A stretch of 64,000 nucleotides of DNA from Azolla caroliniana (Eukaryota; Plantae; Polypodiophyta), in contig JBHGNT010000011.1 in NCBI GenBank assembly GCA_043228905.1, forward strand, positions 6,758,001 through 6,822,000, read 5' to 3'. The notes under the pieces were generated by a model that saw nothing but the letters and a program-made list of their open reading frames with translations, had not been told where the DNA came from and did not search any database. The translations under genes were made by a program, and so were the position numbers. Shown here piece by piece: positions 36,910 to 49,500 of the stretch (within the stretch, counting starts at the first letter, position 1; the number at the start of each line of letters is the position of its first letter).

Positions 36910-39427
36910 GTGAGTATTCCAGCCTATCACTTGGGTGACCCGGGTTCGATCCCTGGCAACGGCGCGAAGGTCGGGGCAAATCTCCTGTCATCTTTTAGGC
37001 CATGCTTGCTCGCTCTGCGAGATTTTGTACACCTTACGGAGACTTGGGGGCGTGCAGTGGGTTGTCACCGAGGGAGGGTACATATTACCATCATCTCGTA
37101 CGATTGTACACATGGGTATTCCAGATCATATGCGATCAAACATTGTTGCATAACATTTATTGGCGATGACACCGGGCCATGTTTTCGATATTCTGGTACA
37201 TGGTTGGAACAAGTTGTACTCACCACTATACTAGACTTCCTCCAGCATCAACATGTCGTTGTAGTATAGTGGTGAGTATTCCCGCCTGTCACACGGGTGA
37301 CCCGGTTTCGATCCCCTGCAACAGCGCGAAGGGCATGGCAAATCTCCTCTCATCTTCGAGTGCATTCATTCTCGCGCCATTGGATTCTCTATCCCTTTCA
37401 AACAGTTGGGGGCGCACAGTGGGTTGTCATCGAGGGAGGGACTATCGTACCATGATCTCGTCCGAGTGCACACATGGGTATTCCAGTTCATATGCGGACG
37501 AACATCGTGACATAACGTGGATATGCGACGAAACCGGGTTATATTTTCGACATTGCGGTACATGGTCTGAGCAAGTAGTATAGAGGATATATCCTCCAAC
37601 ACCAACATGTCGTTGTAGTATAGTGGTGAGTATTCCCACCTGTCACGCGGCTGACCCGGGTTCGATCCCTGGCAACGGTGCGAAGGGCGGGGCAAATCTC
37701 TTGTCATCTTCGAGGCCATTCTTGCTCGTTCCGCTCGATTTTGTACCCCTTACGATGACTTGGGGGCATATAATGGGTCGTACAATAGGTTGTCAACAAG
37801 GCAGGGTACATATTACCAGGATTTAGTCTGAGTGCACACATGGGTATTCCAATTGATATGCGAACGAACATCGTCGCATAACATGTATTGGCGACGACAC
37901 TAGGCCATGTTTTCGACGTTCCGGTACATGGTCCGAACAAGTAGTACTCACCATTATACTATACTTCCTTCAACACCAACATGTCGTTGTAGTATAGTGG
38001 TGAGTATTCCCGCTTGTCACGCGGGTGACCCAGGCTCGATCCCCGGCAACTGCGCGTAGGGCGGGGCAAATCTCCTGCCATCTTTGAGGGCATTCTATCT
38101 CGCTCTGTTGGATACTCTACCCCTTTGACATACTTAGAGGTGTACAGTGGGGCGGCAGCGAGGTAGGGTATTTATTACCATTATCTCATCCGAGTGCACA
38201 CATGGGTATTCCAATTCATATGCGAACGCATATTGTCGCATAACATGTATTGGCGACGACACTGGGCCATGTTTTCGACATTTGGGTATATGGTCTGCAC
38301 AAGTAGTACTCACCACTATAATATACTTCCTCCTACACCAACATGATGTTGTAGTATAGTGGTTAGTATTCCCGCCTATCACGCGGGTGACCCGGGTTCG
38401 ATCCCCTATAACGGCGAGAAGTGCGGCGTAAATCTCCTGTCATCTTCGAGGGCATTCTTTCTCGCTCCGTTGGAATCTCTAACCGTTTCAAACACTTTGG
38501 GGCGTAAAGTGGGACGTCAGCGAGTGAGGGACTATATTACCATGATCTCGTCCATGTGCACACATGGGTATTCCAGTTCATATGCAGACGAACATCGTCA
38601 CATAACATGTATTGGCGACGAGACCGGGCTATATTTTCGACAATCCGGTTCATGGTCCGAGCAAGTAGTATAGAGGATACTTCCTCCAACACCAACATGT
38701 CGTTGTAGTATAGTGGTGAGTATTCCCAGTCACGTGGGTGACCCGGGTCCGATCCCCGGCAATGACGCAAAGGACGGGGCGAATCTCCTGTCATCTTCTA
38801 GGGTATTCTTGTTCACTCCGTTGGATTCTCTGTCCCTTTCAAACACTTGGGGGTGTAAAGTGGCTTATCGGCGAGGGAGGGCACATATTACCATGATCTC
38901 GTCCGAATGCATAGATAGGTATTCCAGTTCATATGCGGACGAACATCTTCGCATAACATGTATTTGCGACGAAATCGGGCTATATTTTCGACATTCCGGT
39001 ACATGGTCCGAGCAAGTAGTACAGAGGATACTTCCTCCATCACCAGCATGTCGTTGTAGTATAGTGGTGAGCATTCCCGCGTGTCACGCGGTTGACCCGG
39101 GTTCGATCCTCGGCAACCTTGCGAAGGACGGGGCGAATCTCTTGTCATCTTCTAGGGCATTGTTGCTCGCTCCGTTGGATTCTCTATCCCTTTCAAACAC
39201 TTGGGGGCATGCAGTGGGTTGTTAGCGAGCGAGGCCCCATGCTACCATGATCTAGTCCGAGTGCACACATGGGTATTACAGTTCATATGCAGACGAACGT
39301 CTTCGCATAACATGTATTTGCGACGAAAGCGGGCAATGTTTTCGACATTCCGGTACATGATCCGAGCAGGTAGTACTCAGGATACTAAAACAACATGTCG
39401 TTGAGTATAGTGGTGAGCATTCCCGCC
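36910..39427 (+). repeat. tRNA-Asp satellite, block 3 (most regular)
   Basis: tRNA starts at 37255, 37609, 37983, 38345, 38699, 39050 and 39397 (spacings 354, 374, 362, 354, 351, 347). Confidence 0.97.
37609..37680 (+). tRNA. tRNA-Asp(GTC)-like copy with intact A and B boxes (anticodon stem mutated)
   Basis: gtcgttgtagtatagtggtgagtattcccacctgtcacgcggctgacccgggttcgatccctggcaacggtg. Confidence 0.5.
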
Positions 39428-42400
39428 TGTCGCGTTGTTACGCGCGTTCATGTAGAAGGGGCGGAACCACGGGGGTCTAGGACTAAGGAGTAGAGGAGAA
39501 AGAATAAGACATGATATGGAGGCTTAGCTCAAGAGGAGAAGAGGAAAGAATAAGACCAGGACATAGAAGGAGAGATCGAGGAGGCAAGATACTCAACAAG
39601 TTATATAAAAACGAACGAATGATTACAACAATGGTGGCCGCGTGGGCCGCATGAAACGACTATGAGAAAACCCTAACCGAAGATGAATATGGAAAACCCT
39701 AAACGAAACCCTAACCCTTAAACGGTAAGAACTCTTGGCTAAGTGGTATACCTTTCATACACGAAATAGGCAACCCTTCATAAGTAACCCCTCCCTTCCT
39801 TTTATAGCCCAAGGAGGGAGGAACCTTACAATGTGGAACAAAATTTCCCCTCTGATTTCTATACACCATTTCGTAGTACACGTGTGCACACGTTGCACAC
39901 CACCGACTTGCCCTTTCCACCCCGGTTTCCGCCTATGGAATGAAAATCTTCACAACATCCGCCCCCACCAAACCACACATCCAACGGTATGTGCTAAGAA
40001 GGGGAAAGAGGTGAGATTTTCGGCCATGGTGGTCAACCGAGTCCTTAGCGTCTTTGTCAGGTTTGGCCAACTTTGTCTTCCACTTCGAGCAAGCCCATCC
40101 GTCCCACATGGACTACCGTAGCCTCCCGGTCCGCCATATCCGTTGTTTGCTCTCGACCCGTCGGCTCAATCCGATCCACCATACTCGACGGAGTTCGCCG
40201 AACCACTGTCTCCGCTTGGTCCGCCAGACTCGGCCTTCACAAACCTCGCTTTGCCTTCCTTCGTTTTCTGTGTGCGACTTTGGACCGAATCTTTGTTCTT
40301 CCCGACTGTTTGCCAGATATTGCACCGTGTGCTCTTTGTCCACGCTTGTCTCGCCTTGGCCGCTTCCTCGACTCGGCACTGTCACGCGCCGAACTTCGTC
40401 GTCGATCATCCTCGTCGATTATCCTCGTCGCTCGGCCCTTACGAGGCCACATCGCACGTCTCGCACTCCGCTCCACTTTGCATACCCTTTCGAAAAGGTA
40501 CGTTGCTTCCCAGACATCCGAGTCGGTTCTGTCGTCTTCGGTGTCCTCCACAACCTCCGATGTTGCTGCTTTGCCCCGAGGTACATCCTCTTGGTCCGCC
40601 TGGCCTGCTTGGCCACACACATCCTTTGGGATGCCCTGTTTGCTCTTCACGGTACGTGACCCTTCGTTCTCCACGCATCCCCTTCGTTTTCCTAGACACA
40701 ATCCTTCGTTCATGCCGATCGCGCTCGTCTCGTTCCGTCGATCTTGGCGTCTCGTCGTGCCGTCTATCGTCCCATGCTTGCCTCTCGAAGGCTTCCTCCG
40801 ACCGTCATCATCGGTCACTCGTTGCGGTTCCTCCGAATGCATGCTCATTCTTTGGTCCTTAGGTGACCCCATTACGTGCACCTCGATTGTCCCTTGCTCT
40901 CCGTGCTCTCTTGTAGTAGAGCGTATCGTCATCCCGACCTTCGTGTCGGGGTTCTTCGCGGCTCTCGTTACCGCTTCATCCCGACTCGCATCCTCTTGGA
41001 CCGCTTGGCCCCGCATGTCCTCCAGGAAGCCGCTTTGTCTCTCCCTGGTGCATAACTCTTTGCTCTCCGCGCACCAACCTCCGCTTTCATCGTTCATCCG
41101 CCGATCCCGACAGCTCACCGCTCCGTCTCTTGCAGCGTGCTTGCCTCTCAAAGGCTCGACCAATTCGCCGTTGCCGGTCACTCGTTGCCGCTCTTCCGGT
41201 TGCATGCTTGCTTCTTGGCCCTTCGCGGGCCGTAGTGCATGCTCCGTTTTACGCGGGAGTGCATACTTCGTATTACGCGTCTCATCCACCGTAGACCCGA
41301 CCTTCGCGTCGGTCTCTTCATCCTTCGTTGCCGTACACTCTTCCATCTCCGTTTGGCCCTCTTGACCGTGCTCGTCCGTCTTCACGTAACGGGTACCCGT
41401 TCCGGTAGTCTCATCTGTTCCGGTCTCCAATTCCTCGCTGCCACCCGCCGTCTCCCCGGTCTTATGTTGATCGGCAACCGGCAAAGTCTGTAGAATAGGT
41501 GGGGAGGGTCCTGCTCGTTTCCGGTCTTCCACGGAACCGTAGTCATCATACCCGCTTGGTCTCCTTCTCATGCTCACCGGCTCCCACCGGGTGTTGTGGC
41601 TTGTTCGCCTCGACCTCCAATCATGCTGACTTAGCCTTCGCCCGGATCGGTCTCGGCCGATCAGTCTCCGTGTCGTCTTCCGGTCATGTCGGATTATCGA
41701 CCGGTTCATCTTCCGGTCGGGTCGGTTCCCGACTCTCTCCTCTTTGCCGCTCCCGACCTCTCCGTCGGTCCTCTTGTACATGCCCATTTTGGGCCTCGCA
41801 TCCTCATCTTCGTACGTGTTCGCTCCAGGCCATGCTTCCTCATGGCCTCCGCCCTTCTCTCCGGTCTTATGTTGGCATTCGAGCGCAACCGCCATAGTCT
41901 CCGGCCCCGGTGTCGAGGGGTCTCTCCTCCGTCCGCTATGACCTTCCTCGTCGTGGTTTCGATCATCGGCTTTGCCGCCGCCACCTTCCGTCTCTCCGGT
42001 CTCACGTGGGCTCTTAGGGCCGACCGCCGAAGTCTCTAGAATAGGTGTGGGAAAAGTCTCGGTACCATCACTCACCGATGTCATGTTTGTAGCCACCTTC
42101 GTTTGGACGCCGTGGTCCGTGGCTATCTTGTCCCCGGTTACGCAAGCCTCAGTTATGCTTGCTACCTCCTCGTCCTCGTCCTCGTCTCGGTTTCCCGCCT
42201 TGCCGCCACCACCGCCCATCCTTCTAGGTCTCACGCCGGCACTCGGGCCGATTGCCGGAGCCTCTAGGGACGGTGTGGGTAAGGACCCGGCACCCCCACT
42301 TGTTGTGTCCGTAGCCGCTTCCGTCCAGACGTCGTTGTCCGTGGCTACCCCATCTCCGATCGCGGAAGCCTCGATTGCGCTTGTCGCGTCCTCTTCCTCG

Positions 42401-43754
42401 ATCTCCTTGCCGTCGTCTTGGTTGCCCGCCTTGCCGCCGCCACCGTTCATCACTCTAGGTCTCAAACCGGCTCTAGGGCCGGATGCCAGAGTCTCGCTCC
42501 CCGCTTCGTAGTCACTGGCCTCATCCATGGCCGTCCCTTTTCCGCAAGACGAGAGGGTCTCTTGCCCTGCACCCTCTCCCCCATCGTCCACGCATAGGGA
42601 CGCTTCTTCCTCCGCATCCTCGGATCGTCTCCGGCCCGACTCCATAATAAGCCCTTCTTTAGCTTCGAACTTCAACTTCACGCTCTCGCACGCCTCCCAT
42701 ACCAACGCCTCTAGGTCGTACTCCTCGAGTTGATCGCGCGTCGAGCTCTCTTCCGATGGTAGTGCATAGCGGCTCACCGCCCTCTCTTCTCCGTCGCTCG
42801 TGGGCCACGTTGTTGCCAACCGCTCCCCATCGGGTTGCCGGCATACCCACTCCGGTTTCGCGTATCCGTATGCGTCTAATAGAGCTCCCTAAAAGGACTC
42901 CCATGAATCGTGAGATTCTTGAAGCTCCTTGACCTCTTTGTGCACTGATACGGTCGCCACTCGACGAAAATATTCTAGCCGCATCACTTCGTTCACGCCC
43001 CTCCTCGTCATCTCGGCTTTGTACGCTTCCAAGAACCTCGAGACTTCGTCCCTGTTGAATCGGCCGACTCAATCGACCACCCTCTCGACGTCTTGTGGAG
43101 CCACATCTTGCCTCGCCTTCTTCCGTCGGGTCTCCATCACAATATTCGCCATCATCTCCGCAAAGTCGAAGTCTTGTTCCATCTCTATGCTCCCTTGCCG
43201 CCCTTCACGTCGGGTTCACCAATGATGTCGCTTTGTTACGTGCGTCCATGTAGAGGGCGTGGGACCACGGGGGTCTCGGACTAAGGAGTAGAGGAGAAAG
43301 AATGGGTTTAGGGTTTAGGGTTAGCTCAAGAGGAGATGAGGAAAGAATAAGACCATGACATAGAAGGTGAGATCGCGGAGGCAAGATACTCAACAAGTTA
43401 TATTAAAACGAACAAATGATTACAACAATGGTGGCCGCATGGGCCGCACCAAACGACTATAAGAAAACCCTAACCGAAGATGAATAAGGAAAACCCTAAA
43501 CAAAACCCTAACCCTAAAATGGTAAGAACTCTAGGCTAAGTGGTATACCTTTCATACGCAAAATAGGCAACCCTTCATAAGTGACTCCTCCCTTCCTTTT
43601 ATAGCCCAAGGAGGGAGGGACCTTACAATGTGGGGCAAAATTTCCCCTCTTATTTCTATACACCATTTCCTAGTACACGTGTGCACATGTTGCACACCAC
43701 CGACTTGCCCTTTCCACCCCGGTTTCCGCCTATGGAATGAATATCTTCACGACA
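39428..43754 (-). mobile_element. Element D: complete non-autonomous LTR element (gag-only, no pol)
   Basis: ~529-bp LTRs 39428-39957 and 43226-43754; Trp PBS 43204-43221; PPT tccgcccccacca homologous to that of B; splits a tRNA-Asp at the anticodon loop. Confidence 0.92.
40237..43182 (-). pseudogene. Element D ORF: Gag-like N-terminus in frame with an 860-aa low-complexity region (982 codons in total, two early stops)
   Basis: MEQDFDFAEMM..VERVVD*VGRFNRDEVSRFLEAY..SWESF*GALL.. continues in frame into ORF 40237-42819; no PR/RT/INT motifs. Confidence 0.75.
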
Positions 43755-46530
43755 ACGCGGGTGACCCGGTTTCAATCCCCAACAACGGCGCGAAGGGCGG
43801 GGCGAAGCTCTTGTCATCTTCTAGGCCATTCTTGCTCGCTCCGCCAGATTTTGTACCCCTTACGAAGACTTGGGGGCGCCTAGTGGGTCTTCAGCGAGGG
43901 ATGGTACATATTGACAGGAACACACACTCCCAATGAACAATGCTCGGCCACAACTGAGCTTAGAATCAAAACACAGAAAAACGGGGAATGAATGCACGAC
44001 ACAATGGAGAGAAGAGAACACAGGATGGTAACGTGGAAAACCCAAACTAGGGAAAAAACCACGGTAGCCCACAGACTGCAAACTATCACTATGTTAGAAT
44101 GTACAAATGGTAAAGCACTGAAGCAACAACCTCGAGCTTTCTATCTTCGCCACAGGCGGCGGTTACAACAGAGGCAACGACCTCTTCCTCTCTCTCACTC
44201 TCTCTATACACAGTTGCACGCTCTAATCTTGCGCCAACAAGAATGACAACAACTCTCTCTAAAGAGTTTTCCCTAAGTCATATTTATACTAATATGACTT
44301 TTCGGCTATTTACAAATATAGCCCCGATGGACTCTCAGAAAACATATTTACGAATATGTCCCTTCATCCGGTGAGCACTCCTCACCGGGCCTGCATCATC
44401 CGGCTCTTGCCAGGCACTTGTCATCTGGTTCTCACCGGGTCTTCCGTAGTCGGGTACTCTTCATCCGGTTCTCACCGGGTCTTCACCATCCGGCTCTTGC
44501 CGGGTACTGCTCATCTGGTACTAACCGGGTCTTTACCGTCCGACTCTTGCCAGGTACTTCTGATCCGGTTCTCACCGGGTCTTCCGTTGCCGGGTACTTC
44601 TCAAGTCCCATCCGGAGGGACTTGTTTCCTAACACATATTACCATGATCTCATCCGAGGGCACACATGGGTACTCCAGTTCATTTGCAGACGAACATCAT
44701 GGCATAACATGTATTGGCGACGACACAGGGGCATATTTTCGACATTCCAGTAGTTGGTCTGAGATGGTAGTATAGAGGATATATCCTCCAACACCAACAT
44801 GTCGTTCTAGTATAGTTGCGAGTATTCCCGCCTGTCACGCAGGTGACCCGGGTTCGATCCCTAGCAACGACGGGAAAGGCGGGGCAAATCTCCTGTCATC
44901 TTCTCGTGCATTCTTTCTCGCTCCGTTGGATTCTCTATCCCTTTCAAACACTTGGGGGCGTCCATTGGGTGCATATTACCATGATCTTGTCTAAGTGCAC
45001 ACATGGGTATTCCAGTTCATATGAGGAAGAACATCGTCACATAACATGTATTGGCGACGAAACCGGGGAATATTTTCGACATTCGAGTACATGGTTCAAG
45101 CAAGTAGTACAGAGGATACTTCCTTGAACACCAACATGTCGTTGTAATACAGTCGTGAGTATTCCCGCCTGTCACGCGGGTGACCCGGGTTCGATCCCCG
45201 GCAACGGTGCGAAGGACTGGGCGAATCTCCTATCATCTTCTAGGGCATTCTTGCTCGCTCTGTTGGATTCTCTCTCCGTTTCAAACACTTGGGGACGTAC
45301 AGTGGGTCGTCAGCGAGGGAGGGCCCGTATTACCATGATCTCGGCCGAGTGCACACATGGGTATTCTAGTTCATATGCGGACAAACATCGTCACATAACA
45401 TGTATTGGCCAGGAAATCGGGCCATATTTTCTACATTCCGATACATGGTCCGAGCAAGTAGTACAGAGGATATATCTTCTAATACCAACATGTCGTTGTA
45501 ATGTAGTGGTGAGTATTCCCTCCTGTCACGCAGATGACCCGGGTTCGATCCCCGGCAACGGCACGAACAACGCGGCGAATCTCCTGTCATCTTCTAGGGC
45601 ATTCTTGCTCGCTTCGTCGTATCCTCTATTCCTTTCAAACAGTTGGGGGCGTACAGCGGGTTGTCAATGAGCGCGAGGGCCCATATTACCATGATATCAT
45701 CCGAGTGCACACATGGTTATTCCAAATCATATGCGGACGAAACCGGGCTATATTTTCGACATTCTGGTACATGGTCTGAGGAAGAAGTACAGAGGATATA
45801 TCCTTCAACACCAACATGTCGTTGTAGTTTAGTGGTGAGTATTCCCGCTTGTCACGCCGGTGACCCGGGCTCGATCCCCGGCAACGACGCGAATGACGGG
45901 GCGAATCTCCCATCATCTTCTAGGGCATTCTTGCTCGCTCCGGTGGATTCTCTATCCCTTTCAAACACTTGGGAGCGTACAGTAGGTCGTCAGTGAGGGA
46001 GGGCGCATATTACCATGATCTCGTCCGCGTGAAGACATGGGTATTCCAGTTCATATGCGGACGAACATCGTCACATAACATGTATTGGCGACGAGACCGG
46101 GGCATATTTTCGACATTCCGGTACATTGTCCGAGCAAGTTGTATAGAGGATACTTCCTCCAACACCAACATGTTGATGTAGTATAGTGGTGAGTATTCCC
46201 GCCTGTCACGCGGGTGACTGGGGTTCGATCACCGGCAACGGTGCGAAGGGTGGGGCGAATCTCCTGTGAGTGTTTAGGGCATTCTTGCTACCTCCATTGG
46301 ATTCTCTATCCTTTTCAAACACTTGGGGGCATACAGTGGGTTGTCAGCGAGCGAGGGCCCATATTACCATAATCTCGTCCGAGTGCACACATGGGTATTC
46401 TAGTTCATATGCGGACGAACATTGTCGCATAACATTTATTGGCAACGACACCGGGCCATGTTTTCGACATTCCGGTACATGGTTCAAACAAGTGGTACAG
46501 AGGATAGTTTCTCCAACACCCACATGTCGT
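43755..46530 (+). repeat. tRNA-Asp satellite, block 4 (interrupted by solo LTR F)
   Basis: tRNA copies at ~44801, 45138, 45492, 45818 and 46172. Confidence 0.95.
43912..44634 (-). mobile_element. Solo LTR F of the C/E copia family
   Basis: tgacagg...cctaaca; homologous to the reverse complement of the E LTR; TSD catat on both sides. Confidence 0.92.
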
Positions 46531-49500
46531 GCATTTATGGTACAAGTGGGGCCGTCCATTTACGCCGCGAGTTCTCCGGCTCTGGCATGTTTGGTGGTGA
46601 ATGGGTTAGGTGGCGTAGTGCCCAGGTATGGTTTAAGGCGAAACCCATTCTGCTTTTGGCATACTACTTCCCCAGCTAGCGTACCTAGTTGGAACATGCC
46701 TTGTTCCGCTCCAATTATCCAGTATGGACCGTTCCAGCGGAATTGTAACTTCCTTGGCATATGGCGCATGTGGGTTTGGAAAACCAGCACCGCCCGACCG
46801 ACGGCGAACTTCTTTTCCCTTGCGTTCCGATGTCGATCCACAAACGCTTTACGCCGTCGTTGTTCCTGCTCCAACACCACAATGTTGTGTACGCGTTTTT
46901 CCCCGAGTTCGAGTAGCTGGTGGAGCCGTACCTCCTTTGACTTGGCTTCCGATAGTCGGTCCAGTTTCTGAATCCACAAACTGGGTACCTGAAATTCGAC
47001 CGGCATCACAGCCTCCAACCCAAATGCTAGTCGAAACGGTGTTGATTGTATGCTTGTCTTGTAGCTGGTTCTATACGCCCATAACACACTCTGTAATTTG
47101 GTATGCCAACCCATTCTATTTTCATTGATGATTTTCTTCAAGATTGTCTGCAACGTCTTATTGGTGGATTCCGCTAACCCATTCGCCTGTGGATAATATG
47201 GCGTACTCTTCTTATGGACTACGGTGTAATGATGTGTTAGTTCCCGAACCACTGTATTGAGAAAGTGACTCCCCTAGTCATTGATGAGCTCAATCGGACA
47301 GCCGGCACCAGATGTGCTCGTAAAGGAATCTGGTTGTGACGACCGCCGTATTTTCTCGTAGTGCCTTTGATTCTACCCACTTGGTGCAATAATCCATAGC
47401 TACCAATATGTATTTATTGCCCATACGGGCTGATGTCGGTGTGAAGGGGTCCACGAAATCCAATCCCCACTTTTGGAAGGGGTCTAGCGGTAATACGGGC
47501 TAGTGTGGCATCCTTGCGCCTCCGTGGGGTTGGCCCATCCGTTGACACAAATCACACTTTCTACAATACTCGGATGCATCCTTCTGCGTTGTTGGCCACT
47601 ATAAGCCCGCCTGCCATATCTTCCGGGCTGTAACGTCGCCCGCGTAATGGCCACCTGTCGTGCCGCAATGTGCTTGCCGTAAAACTGCTTCTTTCTCATC
47701 CTGACGTACCCCATGTTGCCAAATGTCGTCACTGCCTTTGTGATATAAATCTCCTTCGACGAGGCAGAAGTTACGGCTTCGGACGGCTAGTCGTTTGTTC
47801 TCGTCCGTGCGTAATTGTGGTGGAGGCAGTCCCGTAGTCAAAAAGTATGTCATTTCCATAAGCCACTGGTCTGGAAAGGTCGATTCCGTTCTTTCTGCTA
47901 GTGCTGCTACCCACAGGATGTCGACGTCCATAAAATCGTCGTCATCTTTCTGTACTGTTTCTCCATTCTCGAGTTTGCTCAAAAAATCTGCCACTGCGTG
48001 TTGCGTCCTTGGTCGGTGTTGGATTACGAAATCGAATTCTTGGAGCAGCAGCATCCATCGCGCCAATTTCCCCGTCAGGGCTTGTTTCTCCACCAAATAC
48101 AGCAGCGCCGAATGATCCACGTGGAACATGAATTTCCTCCCTAGTAAATAATGCCGGAATTTATTGATGCTATAGATCATCCCTAGCACCTCCCGCTCCG
48201 TTGTGGAATAGTTATGCTCTGCTGCTGATAATTTGCGACTAGCGTAGTACACTGGCCGGTACCAGTTTGGTTCAGTGAGCTGCATTCTAAGTGCACTTCC
48301 TATTGCTATGTCCGAGGCGTCGACGAACACGTGGAATGGCTTCGCCCAAACTGGTGGTTGTACGACGGGGGCCTGCGTGAGCATTATCTTAAGTGCCTCA
48401 TAGGCTTTGTCCTCCATTGCTGTCAATTGGAAGGGAGTCTGATGTACGGCAGCATGTAACGACGTGGCGAAGTCCGCCAAATATCGTATCATCCGACTAT
48501 GACACCGTATTTGTCCTAAAAACCGGCCGAGTGATTTCGCGTTTATCGGAGTTTTGGCTTGCGTAATCGCGGAGATCTTGTTTGGATCGACCACTATTCC
48601 CTCCTTGCTGACTATATGACCCAGGAGACTCCCGCTGGTCACGCCGAAAGCACATTTCGCGGGATTCAGGCTTAAGCGTGCGGTGCGACAACATTCCAGG
48701 CACAATTGTAGGTGCGTAAAGTGGTCTATTGTTCTCCCATATACTAGAAAGTCGTCTAAAAAAACTTGCATGAAAGCCAGAACGTATTCCCCAAAGATCT
48801 CTGTAATTGTCCGTTGAAATGTTGTCGGCGTCATCTTTAGCCCAAACATCATGACGACTGCCACATATACTCCCTAGTTCGTGACAAATGCCATCTTTTC
48901 TTGGTCCTCGGGATGCATGCGTACCTTTGTTATACCCACTGAAGCCATCTAAAAAACTGTACATCTCATGTCCTGCGACGACATCCAGTACGCTATCAGT
49001 GAAGGGTAAAGGGAATGCATCTATAATGGTTATGGCGTTTAGTTTTCGGTAATCCACGCATACCCGTATTTTGCCGTTTTTCTTTGGAACGACCACTATC
49101 GGGCTTAACCAGGTGGCTTGTTTAACTGGCCGTATGAACCCCGCCTTCAAGAGTTTGTCAATTTCTTCTTTTATGTGGGTCGCATAGTTCGGGTTCATGT
49201 GGTAGCGGCGCTACTGGACGGGTTTTGCGTCGGTTGCTAAATTGATCTTATGCTAATAGAACTTGGGATCTAACTCCTTCATGTCCTCGTGAGCCCAAGT
49301 GAACACATCTTTATATCTCGTGAGTAGTCCGATCATTGTGTTTCTCTGGTCTGGCCTTAATTCCTTTGCGATGGAGAGGAAACGGGGTTCCGACTCCATA
49401 CCCACATTTACTTCTTCCAGGGGGGAAGCGGTGACTCGTCGTGAAATTTCCATTTCCCTTTCGAATGCCGCTCGTGCTCTACTGAGTTCCAATATTGACT

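Noticed and set aside
38655-38690. Spacer segment cgagcaagtagtacagaggat..cctcc resembling the 5S rRNA internal control region
   Set aside because: Only a short gapped match; the 5S A-box and the rest of the 120-nt gene are absent.
36910-39427. CRISPR-like regular array
   Set aside because: The whole 354-bp unit repeats, spacers are not unique, no cas genes, eukaryotic context.
40073-41365. 430-aa plus-strand ORF inside D
   Set aside because: Antisense shadow of the GC-rich minus-strand ORF; no recognisable domain.
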